From assembly GCA_964035545.1 (NCBI GenBank), contig OZ037768.1, positions 8,898,741 to 8,962,740 on the forward strand: DNA of 64,000 bases. Direction: 5' to 3'. The position numbers and the translations under genes were made by a program. Positions 44,101 through 57,180 of this stretch are shown here, in pieces (the first letter of the stretch is position 1; each line of letters opens with the position of its first letter). Source of the DNA: Bugula neritina (Eukaryota; Animalia; Bryozoa). The notes under the pieces are model-generated. The model did no database searches. It was not told where the DNA came from and was given only the letters and a program-made list of their open reading frames with translations.

Positions 44101-47100
44101 CTTAGGCAAAGTCAACTACGTATTAATTTTATTTATTGTTTTGTTACATCAAAGTACTTTCCAAAAACATCCGTAAGTTTATTTACTTTCCAAACAAATT
44201 CTCCTTTTTTCAAATTTTTAGTCAAGCGACATTACTAAAACTCTCAAGAGAATACAAATTTGTTGCCTAGAAACTAAATAACTGAAATGCAAAAAATAGT
44301 TAAGTACAAATTTTAATAATTTAAATTCCATAATGTAGTTTTTTTGCTAAAATGTTAAGCCAAATTATATGGGCGAAGGATATGAAAAAGCGATTATATT
44401 TTTGACATGTTTTCTCAAAACACCACGTTGGCATCCAAACGGCTGATTGCTTCTTTTATAAATATTCAACATTGCATTTTTTTGAAATTTTTGTTTGCAT
44501 TTATTATACAAAACCAATGCTTAAATTTTCAGCTAATATGCAGAGGATGTGGAATTTGTTTGCTACGTGTGTATTCTCAAGTAGGAGTGCTTGCACTGCT
44601 TAGCAATTCTAGTCATCTTTAATGATTTCAAAATGGAGTGAATCTCCAAGTGTTGATCTAGATTCTAGACTAAAGGAGAATTTGCTTGCAGCATGTGTTA
44701 TATTCGTTTCAATACAGCTAGACTCATTTTAAGTAGCCTATAGTAACTTCCAGCTTATCAACTACCTCACGCACTGGTTGTCATTTAAAATTATGAATGT
44801 TGTCTGCAGTTGGACATTAGTCTTAAAAACAGTGATTAATTTTTTATATCATGAATTGTCCTATGTCAAGATTGTGGTTTGTTGGGTCATTTTATCTTCT
44901 ATAATTCCCTACAAGACAAAAATATTATTGTCTGTTAAAATTTAATGTAAAATTTCATTCCATATAAAAATGGCTGAAGGAAAATCAGATATTGACATAC
45001 CAGTAGATCTTTGTAACTGAACCTCTAGTGAGGCCAACACTGTAAGGATGTTTTGATGTTTGTGCATAGAAATGATGCCCTGGTGTAAAGTTATTATAAA
45101 ACATACCCGATTATGTTAAAGATTATTTAACACCTTGTAAAAATGTAGTGTATATTGTTTCCCCCAACTCCATTGCAAATTGCACTCATTTATCACTGAT
45201 GCATGCATGACTTAAGATTGAAAACTTATTAGTGGTAATTAAAATGACATCAAAGTCAAAGATGGTAGATAATGTCATGTTGGTTGTGTAAGACCAGTAT
45301 TGCTAGCAACCATAACCAAGTGGTACCTATATAAATTCGCTCAAGCATTTAGGTGCCAAAACTTACAAAGTTTTTCTTCCTGTGGTTTCCGTATCAAAAA
45401 TTTTCAATGTAATCACAACTTAGGTATGCAAAAGTGACAAATTATAATGGTTGGGAACCTTTTAGAGTGAGCAGACCATGTTACTGTACCAGTTCACTGT
45501 ACCACTTTGCTGTACGTTGTATAATTTAATTTTGTAATTTCATGTTATGTTGTTATTCTTGTACAAAGAAGATCTCCTGGTACCCTGAAAATTTGGAAGT
45601 TAGACGAGTGAAGATAAAATGAACTTGGTCTTTTGATAATATAAATTAACATTAAATGATGATATCGTACTGTAATGTGGTCGATGGAGTAAACTTTGAA
45701 ATTTCTACAGAATTGTGTCACTGAACATAAGACGCTCAGTTTCAGCATAATATATATTAGCATAAATACTGCAGTGGTCTATTAATGGTGGTACCAAAGT
45801 ATCTCGGGAAACTAATAGATGCATTGGCTTCTTTCCACATTTCAGTAACAAGTTGTAAATTTTAAAAAGTTGACAAGCTTATAACAATTTAATTCCTTTT
45901 TGCACCCAGGTGGTATAATAATTATTCATGAAGGGAAAATTGGCACCACTGTCTTGGGTGTTCCAATCATAAAACCTTAACTTAAGCATTGCGATTAAAC
46001 ATTTTAATTTTTAATTTATATTTTATGGCTGGTACTTAGTCACTTGGTTCAGACTTGAAACTTTTTTGTGAAGTATTAGAAAGGATATCTCTTAGCTTAC
46101 AATTTACAGGGAGCAAAGTAATGTTTTCTATAAATAACTTATGCTCAATTAGTTGATCTTTGTTGGTGGCTGTCACAAAACATAAGAAATATCTAAAACA
46201 CGTTACAGTTATGTCTAAAATATTTTCACTAAGAGCCTCAACGAATATATATGCAACAGCAAACAATTGAAACACTGCGGATGGACATCACTTAGAGAGA
46301 ATGATGTCATAAGAAACCTTTATAGTATTTATTCTGGCTGTCTCACCAATGTTGCAACAGCTGATGATGTTGAACAACAATAGTCAGAAAGTAATAGAGA
46401 GAAAATATGGCTAACTTTTTCAATTTTGCTCGTCTTGTATGAAAGTTATCTGCAGTGCATGAAACTAGCTGTCTCTGATTGAAAGATAGTTGATTTACTT
46501 AGTATGTATGTACATTGTAGGGAAAGACACCTCCTATGATGCCTATTTTTGATGGACCTGCTAGCAATGGTTCTGGTGATCATTTTACATGGAGATGGAA
46601 GGAGCCTGCCAATGCCACCCGGGTTTTCTGTGACATCTGCAACAAAGAGCTCTGCAATAAATATTTCCTTCGAACTCACAAGCTGAATAAGCATGGCATT
46701 AGAGACGCAATCGATGTTAGTCCAGGAAAAGTTGCAGAGCCGTAAGTTTTGATTTCTAGTCTTTAGTAGGACTGAACCTAAAACATTATGTGTAAAAATA
46801 ATATGACAAAATCTCGCTGCATTATTTCTAAGCCAAAGAAAATATGTTATGTCTTACTTCAGTTTAATCAGTAAAATTTTGTTGAGTATCTGGGAGAATA
46901 TTGGCTGTGTTACCAGGTTGTGCATTCCCACTGTGCTATGGTAATAGTTTTATTGTTGTTCTCAATGCACTTTGTTCAAAGCACTAATTGATTTATCGGT
47001 TCCTTTTACTAGCCTAAGAAAAATATTTTGATAAAGTTGTAAATTGAAGTGAAATCACCCATCTGTTGGAATACGAAATCATTTAATGTAATATTGACTT

Positions 47101-49161
47101 GTAACTAATTTCATCTAAATTAACTTTACTTATAGTTGATTTGTTATGAAATGTAGAGATCAATTCAGAGTAAATGGGAAATGCTTAACTCACTTAGGCT
47201 ACTTAGGGCTTTTAATGGGAGCATTTTCTTTTCCCATCAACTCTTGCTTACAACTGAGGGGCATGAGTTGGCATTCGAATGGCATGTTGCGAATAACTTA
47301 TGTATTTCATAATAAAGCGTCAGCAATTTTGACACTTTTCAAAGCTGCAAATGTTTGAAATAATTTTTGGTGATGCATTAAAGAGATTGCAGACGTCTAA
47401 AGTTGTCAAATCATAGCCAAGATAAGCAGGTTCCACATCTGTATTTACCTGTTTATGTGTAACTTGAAATAATTCTGTTGGTTTGCCTCATTTTCTTTGC
47501 TTTGCCTCTCTCTACTTTCATCCTTTGAAATGTTGATTTACAGCATAACTTTGAGGAATGCACTTTAATTCCATTCAAATAAGTGTCAGCAACGCTAAAT
47601 GTCACAAAGAAATTATTTTATTATCATAGAAAAAAAGTAAACAAAGCGTTTTGCAATCAGAAAAATGTTTGATAAATATTTATTTTCTTCTCGGAGAATG
47701 TCATTTAAAAAAAACTTTAAATGCTTTAGAGAATTCAGACTACAGCTGGGCAGTGAGTCTGATTATATAAAATATATCACGATGTAGGATTGTATAATTA
47801 CAGGGGTATGCTTGCTAGTAGCGTTATGGCTGATCTAGCCAGGGCTAGTCAGACTTCTCAATTGAGTCAGAGATCAACTGGGAATGGCACTCAACATCAG
47901 TCTCCCCTTCATACTGCAAGCTCCACCTCTCCTACAGAGTTAGCCCAGCAAGCACCTTTTGCTGATGATGTTTGCCAGGTGAGTTGATATCCTGTATTTA
48001 GTGTAATATTTTTGTTTTGCAAAGTATATACCACAGGCTACTGTGTTATAAATATGTACTACAGTATGTTTTTCTCAAAGAGTCAACTATTTTATTTCTT
48101 TGTTACAGATTTGTGGTATAGTATTTCCTAACAGTTTAGCTGTCGTTGAACACATGAAATCAGAGCATGGAGATGAAAACTTGGAGGAAACAAAGGTACA
48201 TTGTTGAGTTATTCTCAGACATAGCTTGTCATCATAAAAAATTTTAAAATATAAAATGTTTTTTATATAATTTATGATGTATAATTTATATTTTGTAGCC
48301 AAAATTGTCGAAAGAATTAGGAAAAAGAATATTCCATTGTCAACAATGCCCTTACAATACCCATTCATGGGAGAACATGCAAAGCCACCAAATGAGAAAG
48401 CATGATGTTGATACAAATACCTGTCCAACGTGTCAGGTTTCTTTCAGCCATATCGACATGCTATTGAAGCATATGAGTGAGATTCACAATACAAATGTGT
48501 CTTTGGATGAATCGCAGGTATGTTGTTTGTCAACATTTTTAGCTTTAATTTTTGAAGTTTACAGATATGTGTTTATTGAGCTTTTAATATCTTAAAATCA
48601 ACTTGTAAATTGAGTTGAAATAATTTTTAAGACTTACTCAGCCCAAGTTGTTCATCAGAGATTTTGTAGTTATTTTTCCATCTTTTTTCATTTGCCAGCA
48701 ACAAAATGCATTTGTACTTTTAGGGTATAAAGAAAAAGCAGCAGAAGTTTCCAGCTAAGAATTCTCGAAGTTCATACAAAGAGAAATTGACTTTAGGGAT
48801 TAAAGCTTACCGGATGAATGAAAAAGTTCGAAAGATATCTCATTGCAGAGTATATGCATGTGATAAATGCAACTACACCTGTAGCTCTATGAGAAACCTG
48901 CGGTTTCATCAGGTAATTGTCTATCATTTGATAATAGAATTTTCAACAAATACTTTGAAATATTTGAATTTGCCTTTGGTTTTCTTAATAAAGAACAAAC
49001 ATGTGGCAGACAACTCTGATTTAGAAACCATAATCGACCACTATTATGTAATTAGTATCTATTTTCTGTGTATTTTCATAATTATACCAGATTCTATAGA
49101 TTTTATTAAATTTTGCCAACTAGAATACGATTGTGTATTGTTTGTGAAATGGTTAATTATA

Positions 49162-49222
<61 letters not shown>

Positions 49223-49633
49223 TATATATATACACTATATATATACACTATATATATCCAATAAAAGACATATTTGGGCCGAAACATAATTTTTGCTTTG
49301 TTTTTCAGTACAACAATATTTTTTTAACCAGGTGAATAGGAATGCTTATTTACCTATTTCTCAGAACAGCTTGTATATATTCTTTACTATGTAAACATGG
49401 GTATATTTTAGGCAATGAAGCACAAGAAAAAAACTGTGGTGGACATCGCACGAAAGCAAACTAATGGTCTACCACCAGCACCAGCTAATACTATTATACA
49501 GGAATTCAAAGTGAGTTCACTATCGGGTGCAGAACTGGCATTAGCTGAGCCAACTATTTCACTGCCAGTACACCAAAGGATCCCTGAAGATGCTACCATT
49601 CACATTACTCTAGTTCCTTCCAAGCTCTCCTAG
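35117..49633 (+). CDS. Dispersed multi-C2H2 zinc-finger protein, 11 fingers, about 1190 aa. Exons 35117-35332, 36936-37189, 38532-39575, 40660-40912, 41953-42084, 42294-42603, 43669-43919, 46521-46741, 47804-47978, 48109-48195, 48299-48517, 48724-48912, 49412-49633.
   Basis: Thirteen GT-AG exons join in one frame (3573 nt). Fingers are of the form CEICQREFCNKYFLKTHKANIH. Four fingers are split by introns and reassemble correctly. PMDLS (PxDLS, CtBP-type motif) lies in exon 2. The start could be ATG 35117 or a slightly later ATG. Confidence 0.9.
49160..49258. repeat. (TA)n microsatellite followed by about three CACTATATATATA-type units
   Basis: Seen directly in the last intron of the zinc-finger gene. 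Confidence 0.95.
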
Positions 49634-50894
49634 GACTTTTCAAAACCCCTCATAACTATCTCAGTTGTAGTTTAGTATATACTCGCTACCTGTATTATTT
49701 TCAACTAAAAAGTTACAAGTTAATATACTCAGACAATGAACCTCATTACATTCACTGTCAACTCTTAACTGCACAATCGAAAATTATATATTTAATTAAG
49801 CTGCATAATCTTATTTATTTTTGCTTCATCAGCACTTTTATGGTGCTCAGTATACCATAAGTTATATTAATTTTTTATACTATCATCGCAATATTATGAA
49901 AGGTTTTTATTTATGTTGATATTTTAACAAAAGATGTCAATCACAATTCTCTGCAATATTCTAAAACGTGCTTTTGCTGTAAGTTTTAGTACTTAAATTA
50001 TGCAATATCAAGTGGGAATTATTGTAGGTTTATTTTGCATAAATCTCTGCATTGCTTTTAAGATGACTTAAAATTGGTGTTTGATATAGCCATTAAGTAG
50101 AAGGCTCGATATTATTTTATTTAGAGTTTACATAATGTTTTCATTTCTTTTAAAGTCCTAACAATGACTAACAATTTTCTATGAACCAAAGATTTCACTG
50201 AAGTTTCTCTATAAGTTTTTACTATCATTTTTGTAGCCTTGGTGTGCGCTTAAAATATTAGTTGTGGTCTCTCTTAACATTGTCATGACATATTCTTTTC
50301 ATAGCTTGATTTGTTTTTTTAATTTATTCTTATTTATCAACAATTGTAATGTTTTACATTATTTATGTACAAAAGCAGTGACCTTAGTGAGAGCTAGTAT
50401 TGTTAATCTTTGATATTCAACAGAGTTTGTAAATTGATATTAATTATTACTCTTGCGTTGCAATTTGTAACCATCAGTAGAATGATAATCAAAGTCACAT
50501 CGCAAATTTTAAATGTTTAATATTTATTGTTTATTCTATACTTACTATGCTATTTTGTTTCTGTTTGTTAATATAACCCTCTTGAAAAATTAATGGTAAA
50601 TCTTTTGGAATCCTAATTCAAATAAAATTATTACCACTATTTTGAAAATGCTTAATGGACAATCTTACTAAAATATCATTGACGGACAATGTTCAAGATT
50701 GTTGTATGCAATTTATTTGTAGAAAATATTGGGAAAAGTTTGATGTGAAATTGGTTAGCAATTACAACATAAAAATAGAAGTAAAAAACCTCATCCATGT
50801 AGTATAAATGGCCGTGTTTAGTTCACTGTTGCAAAAAAATATAAAATTCAAACTTCTATTCTAAACATGAGCATAAAAGCAAGCCTGCATGCAT

Positions 50895-51427
50895 CTAAAT
50901 AAAATTTTGCAATGTTTTTGATTGCTCCAAAGCATATGTGTAGAACTCTCTTAAACAGCTTATGCAATCTTCATTGAACATTCTATGCTTTTCACATGGG
51001 TAACTGTTGCTAGCTTTTCCCCAACATTCAAGGTTGGAATGGAGTGCATTAGACTTTTCTTTAAGTCTCTTATACTGTCTCAGTTGTTCTCCTTGTAGTG
51101 TTATTTTTGTTCTACAAAGAACATCAATGTATAGTTTTATAATTATTGCAATTGTTTAATTCGTCATTACCAGCATTAATGTTCATAAATTGGCTGTAGA
51201 TAAAAAAGACTGTTCATTAAATATGACCATACTTCCAACAACCAGCATATAACATGAATGTTGCAAAAAAACACTTTTTTATTTCAAAATTAACAGGATA
51301 TGCATATTGATCACATAGAACCCAAAAATTATTTCTATGACTTAATATCTGTTTAAGTTGTGTACGAAAATTGTTTTGGGGCTATTCCCTCATCCACACA
51401 GGATAGAAAGCCCAATCCTCATTCTCA

Positions 51428-51479
<52 letters not shown>

Positions 51480-51486
51480 AATCTGT

Positions 51487-51563
<77 letters not shown>

Positions 51564-51570
51564 AATCTGT

Positions 51571-51610
<40 letters not shown>

Positions 51611-54063
51611 AGCCGCGTAAGCTTACCTGTATATTTCTAAAAAGTATTGTTCAGGAATATGGTTGGCTATTTCAATATTCTTCTTGTGATCTATAGCGGT
51701 CAATGGCAGACTGCTGCATGCAGTTACACTGTGTTCAATTACTTTAGGCATGTTGTACTCATGACCAATGAGCAATATGTCTAAACTGGGCTCCTCCTGT
51801 ATAAGAATGTCTTCGCATTGAGTCTTCAAAGCGGAGATGTCATACTCTTCAATAAGAGGTAGTAGCAACATCACATTTTCAGCTGTAAAGAATTAAAATG
51901 TATCAGTTTGTTTTTGCTGACATTTTTCAATACATTATAGGACACATACTTTTTAATAGCTGCACTATAAATTATTCTGCTTAGCTAGTTATTAACACTA
52001 TGTTTCCTCTAGTGTTTACACTTTTTAGATTCAATAACACAAACAAACAAACCCAGTGCTAGTTAAATGAGAAGGTTTTGCTGTAAGACCTAAAATTCTT
52101 ATTTTTTACTCCTTTAGAAATAAAGCATATTAAAGTTTAAGATAGGCGTAACAGGCTGCTAGCTTGCTTTTTATGCAATATTAGTTAAATATCATATACA
52201 CAAATTGTTTGAACACATGCTGGACTTCTTTGTAAAATTGAGTGTACTTGATCTTGTATCAAGCTGACCTACTTTGATTTGTACCGCGCTACAACCCAGC
52301 ATGTGCAATTTTTTTTTTAAATAAAGCAGAGTTAGAATGGGGGTATGGAGAGTATTTTATCAGATGTCATGCTTTCTCTTTGAATAAATTCACTATTATC
52401 AGTTATATCAGATTGGAGTCGTTTGAAGTGCCTAATTAGTAGAATACAATTAGTGATTACATGGATTGTTTCAGCTCACTATATCCTATGTAAAGTAAAG
52501 TCAATGACTGTGTGAGTAAGTCCATTATAATGTTACCAAATATAACAAGCCTATAAGTAGTGTTCAAAGAAATAACTAAACAGGAATTTATATAAAAATA
52601 CCTAAAAGAAAATGGCGATAACCCGTTTGTATTACCACTTCAAGTCGCCCACTGGCAAAGCTATGTATATATAATGTGTAATGTTGCACCTATTTTTGAT
52701 AAAAGGGATATAGCTTTAATTAATAATAACTTTCCTTTTATGCTGGTAAGAAAAACAAGTGCATTACAATACGATGTAACAATTTGAATAATGCTTGCCA
52801 ACGTGATAAAGAGTATATCAATGATGCTGGCATTGTGAAGTGTTGAGTTGTCTTTTCTTTTGCTTCAAAAGTGGCAAACCGATGTTTTTAAAGTAGGTAT
52901 ACAACTCAAAACAATGATATTTTAGTGGCAATCAGTTTGAAAGTTATTCTCTAATGGTTCAAAGTTAATTGCTGAATCATTTCTATTAAATATGCTTAAT
53001 TCATTATGATCAAAGAGTTTATATCAGTTAAGCTAAAATAAAAATATTTGAGATATTTTGTCATAGATTGATATTAAACTGATATTGATAATAAGTTATT
53101 GATTTCTGTATGCAGCAAGGGGAATGAACTCAATTGAAAACACAAGGTACAGGCTTACACTAAATAATAATCTTAGGAAGATGTAAGTTTTTAAGCTTAC
53201 CTATATTGATAACTAGGTGATGACTATTATAGACGGTTTCAGTTATATAAAGAACACAACTCCAAAAATTATTCAACAGAAATTTTTTAATAAAACGGTT
53301 TGACATGAAGATTTTCTACCTGTGATTTTGTACAGGTTAGGTGGATATATACAGTTCAACAGAAGGCGCACATTGTAAAGTGATTTGCCTGTTAACACAA
53401 CTTCATTCTTTTCGGTTTCAACAAAGTTGCTAGAGAACATTGCCATAAATACAGGAGACCAACTGGCAAGAACCTAAAACAGAACATCTCAAATATGCAT
53501 TACTATTTTGTATTATATCATATAATTTATTAGCATTAGAGTTGGCCATGGTTAATTAAAATAAATAACTAAACAGTTTAACTTTGGCCGGAATGCTTCT
53601 GGTTATGAACCTAAAGCATATTATTTCTGCATAATAAGCTTGTTTTGCTTAAATTTATATATCAATTTTATCAAACTTTGCACCTGGCCGTTTAGATAAA
53701 GGCTTGCATATATACCTGATCAAATTGAGATCAGTCCCAACCTGTTAGATAGAACTTGCAAAAATTTGCCAACAAAATTTTAACAAAAATCTGGAATATT
53801 AAATTGCTAAATGTGGCTATTAATAATAAATCTAAAGCTTAATGGTTATATACTTGTATTTTGTTATCGTGGTGACATGTAGCAGCCATGCATATGATCT
53901 GACTCTCACAATAGATACTGCTGCTTACCTCCTTGTGGATGTACAAGGTTTTGTCCTCAACAACTAATGTGAGATTACACAGGGCATCTGGCTCACTAAA
54001 CAACCTCAATTCTGGTAGCGGTTTTTCGAGTCTTCTGCTTTTTTCACTCACTGCAATAAGCAT
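50895..54063 (-). CDS. BTB/POZ-domain protein, about 253 aa, 5' end uncertain. Exons 54063-53929, 53473-53320, 51882-51627, 51111-50895.
   Basis: [21 protein letters not shown]|[24 protein letters not shown]....LL.CIYPP..IT|[20 protein letters not shown] is a typical invertebrate BTB sequence. Exons join in frame to a TAG at 50897-50895. Confidence 0.88.
51431..51610. repeat. Compound (AT)n microsatellite with a duplicated 14-bp spacer CTCAATCTGTGGAC and a short (GT)n tail
   Basis: Spacer copies at 51477-51490 and 51561-51574 lie between AT runs. Confidence 0.95.
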
Positions 54064-56339
54064 ACTTATGTAACGTATTGTGCTTATACAATGTGTGGGA
54101 CAATAGCCAAAAGGTTCAATTAAAAAAGTATTTTTATTGTAGCAGAGTCAAAGAGAATAAAAGCACCTCATATAAATCTTCAAGTCACTATAAAGTTAAA
54201 TAAATGCACACACTAGGTCTGATATATCAAAAAAAGTAAGTTTATATAAAATAATTCATCTAAATTATTGTTTTTCTACTTTCAAAGTTAGGACATATAA
54301 TCAATATTATTATAATCATGGTTATAATTAGACTGCAATACCATCTAAGAAATGTCCACACTTTTATAAAGTTATGGTTTGGTATAATACATGTGTGCCA
54401 TATAGAAATTTCAAATTTGTTCTCTGTAGACCATAAATGTTGGTTATTGGGATAAAATTAGTAGAGTTGTAGTTCACAAGACCGTTATATTTTATGTATA
54501 AGGAAGAAGAGAGAGAGAACCGGAAAAGTATTGTGGTCAATAATTATAATAGAGTGATCGTACAGCAGATTTAAAGTTATCCACTTTTGATAATTAGTCA
54601 TAAGAGAGAATACAATTACAAGTATAAGCAATTATTAGTATTAGTATTATATAAATGTTTATTGTCATCGGAGCAGAAGATTGTATCCTATCAATAATAA
54701 GAACCAAACTTTCATGCACATACACTCTTCTATAATTCCAACGCATTGTTTATGTAAAACTCGCATCGTTATAGTTAGGTATGTGAGCCTAAGAATTTTT
54801 GTAAAACTTTATATATCCTAGCTAGTTATTTAGGTTTTACACTTACAGACTTTTCACTTGCAATGAATGCATGACTATATCTGCAATATATTTTGAATTT
54901 TTTAACTGTATTTTATTATATTTGACTTCAGCCTTTTTTTGTATAAAAAAAACTTATAAAAGCTGAAAGGAGATTCCTTTCATTTAGCACAAATGTTAAT
55001 TTAAATTTATAATAAAGTTTGTAATTCAGAGTAGCAAGTTTGAGATGCATCTATTTTGTTCACTGTAACATAAAAATGTATAACATGATGTCTATTGTTA
55101 CATACACTGTTATCTAAGTCACAATAATTGAATGGAATAGTTTAAATTTTATTGCGGATGTATCAGCTGCTTTTTCATGAAAATAAACATAGATATATTT
55201 TGCAGACAAACCTTACATATATAGATGCCATTTCACAATTTCATTACATTAAGGCACACATTCAAAATTCATTCAAATAATGTTGCATGTACTGGATTTT
55301 ATTTCATTAGTATGCAAACAGAATATTTTAATATACCTACATGGGTGAGTAATTGTAGCTCTCTGTGCTATATCACAGTCTTTACTTTCTCTATCAACTG
55401 CTCTCAAGGCATCTTTTATACTTTTGAGCTCAGTCCTTCTTGGTCGAGGTACAACTTGCACTGCACCTAAAGGAATTAGACAATGTTCTTCCATTTTGTG
55501 TGCAGCTAATAAAAAGGAACATATGAGAAACTAGTTTGAGTAAGACTAGTTCTAATACTAAATAAAAACTATCTACATTTCATTCATTCGTTTCATCTAC
55601 TGCTATTAATCTTGGGTTTTCCAAACCAGCATTACCTTAATAGGTAATGTATTGACATTCACAGTGATGTCATTTTAAGTTAACAATTCCATTTATGGCC
55701 GTATAACCAACACAGACAGTCGTCCGTTGTCAATAACTACTATTCAATAATCCTCCAATGATGTGCCAGATAGAAAGACACGTTAATATGACGTCATTAT
55801 TTTGCACGTGCATTCGAAATTACCAACTTTGTAGTTGTCTTTTCAAAACATTGACATTAACTAGTGGCGCGGTTTACGTTTTCAGCTAATTATGACTTTT
55901 GTTCTAGAACACATATAAACGATGAAATGTCACTATGAAATTATTACTTTAAATCGATTTCAATGTCTGGTAAAACCTAATTAAAGTCCTGAATAAAAAT
56001 TTTCCTTGACTTAGCTTCAACCTACGACAAAAAAATGTAGCATTCATCATTAAGTTTGATGAGCTCTTCTAGTAACTGCCAAATTAAAGAGAACAAACAT
56101 TTTGGCATGGGTATACTTTTTAATCGCTATAATTATGTACATGTGGGTATATGCCCAAGATGTAAATATCAACTTTGAAAACAATAAATTCCCAATGCTA
56201 TTATGTATAGCTATCCTCGATAAACTATATACAAGCTCTAAATAAACATGATGCATGATGTACTTTAGACACATGCTGAGAGTTATCTGCTACGGATGCC
56301 TTTATGGGAGAGCAAAATAGCAACAACAATGACAATATT

Positions 56340-56560
56340 TAGACACAGCACTCTGTGATTGGCTAAAAACTTTTTGAGTATGTGACCCCTGGAATTGAAC
56401 CAATAAAAACGCATGGTGATGAACTAGAAAAGATAGGAAGTTCAAGCTACTGCAATGTGCATGGTGCGTAGCAGGTTAACTTTCATCTGGTACTAGTAAT
56501 TATCACCTTCAACCTCACCAAGCGATCAGTACGTGTGACTGATAAATCATTAATGTGCTT
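56340..56560. promoter_or_regulatory. Putative promoter between the divergent BTB and PKC genes, with a pair of CCAAT boxes
   Basis: TGATTGGCT (ATTGG at 56358) and AACCAATAA (CCAAT at 56400) are opposite in orientation and 42 bp apart. Local CpGs. Followed directly by a hexamer tract. Confidence 0.45.
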
Positions 56561-56574
56561 TCAGTTTCAAAATT

Positions 56575-57180
56575 TAGTATTATACCACTAGTAGTACTAC
56601 CACTGCCTAGATTTAGTAGTACTAGTACTGCCAGTGTAATGGCAGTGTAACTAATACTAATAGACATAGTGATAGTAATTGAGTAATTCTATTTAAGTAT
56701 TTTAAAATGAACATAAACTAAAACTTAAAGTTAAAGATTATCATAATAATTAATAAATTATCAGTATGAGTATCACAATCATTGTGATTGTGGTAAATCA
56801 ATGCTAGTGTTAAATTAATCATCATATTAATACTATCTTTATGATTAATATTATACTTAATATTATCTTTAAGTTTAAGGTTATGATTATGATTAAGATT
56901 GAGTTAAACTTTAAGCTAAAGGTGAAAGTCTAAACACTAGATATACAGTTTTAGTAATTATGTACACATTAAGCACCAAGTCCAATGGTAATATAAATAT
57001 TTAACTTTATGCAAGCTTAAGATGAGCGTGATAAGTAAAGTATTTAATTTTCTTTTTTTATTATAATTATTAGTATTACTATTAGAATTATTTTTGTGTG
57101 TAGTAAATGTAACACTAACTGTAAGTTAATACATTATCATAAGTCATTATAATTATTATTATAAAATTGAAATATTTGCT
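56575..57180. repeat. Degenerate hexamer-period tract
   Basis: AGTATG AGTATC ACAATC ATTGTG ATTGTG ... ATTATC TTTAAG TTTAAG GTTATG ATTATG ATTAAG ATTGAG in 6-nt register. Confidence 0.7.

Noticed and set aside
45350-45950. GGTGCCAA...TTGGCACC as MITE termini
   Set aside because: Only 8 bp of inverted match and no clear target-site duplication.
48913-49335. YI-repeat ORFs here and at 51358-51620
   Set aside because: Translations of (TA)n microsatellites inside introns.
55600-56035. CpG-rich segment as a defined non-autonomous DNA transposon
   Set aside because: The composition is suggestive, but I could not identify terminal inverted repeats or a second copy in the window.
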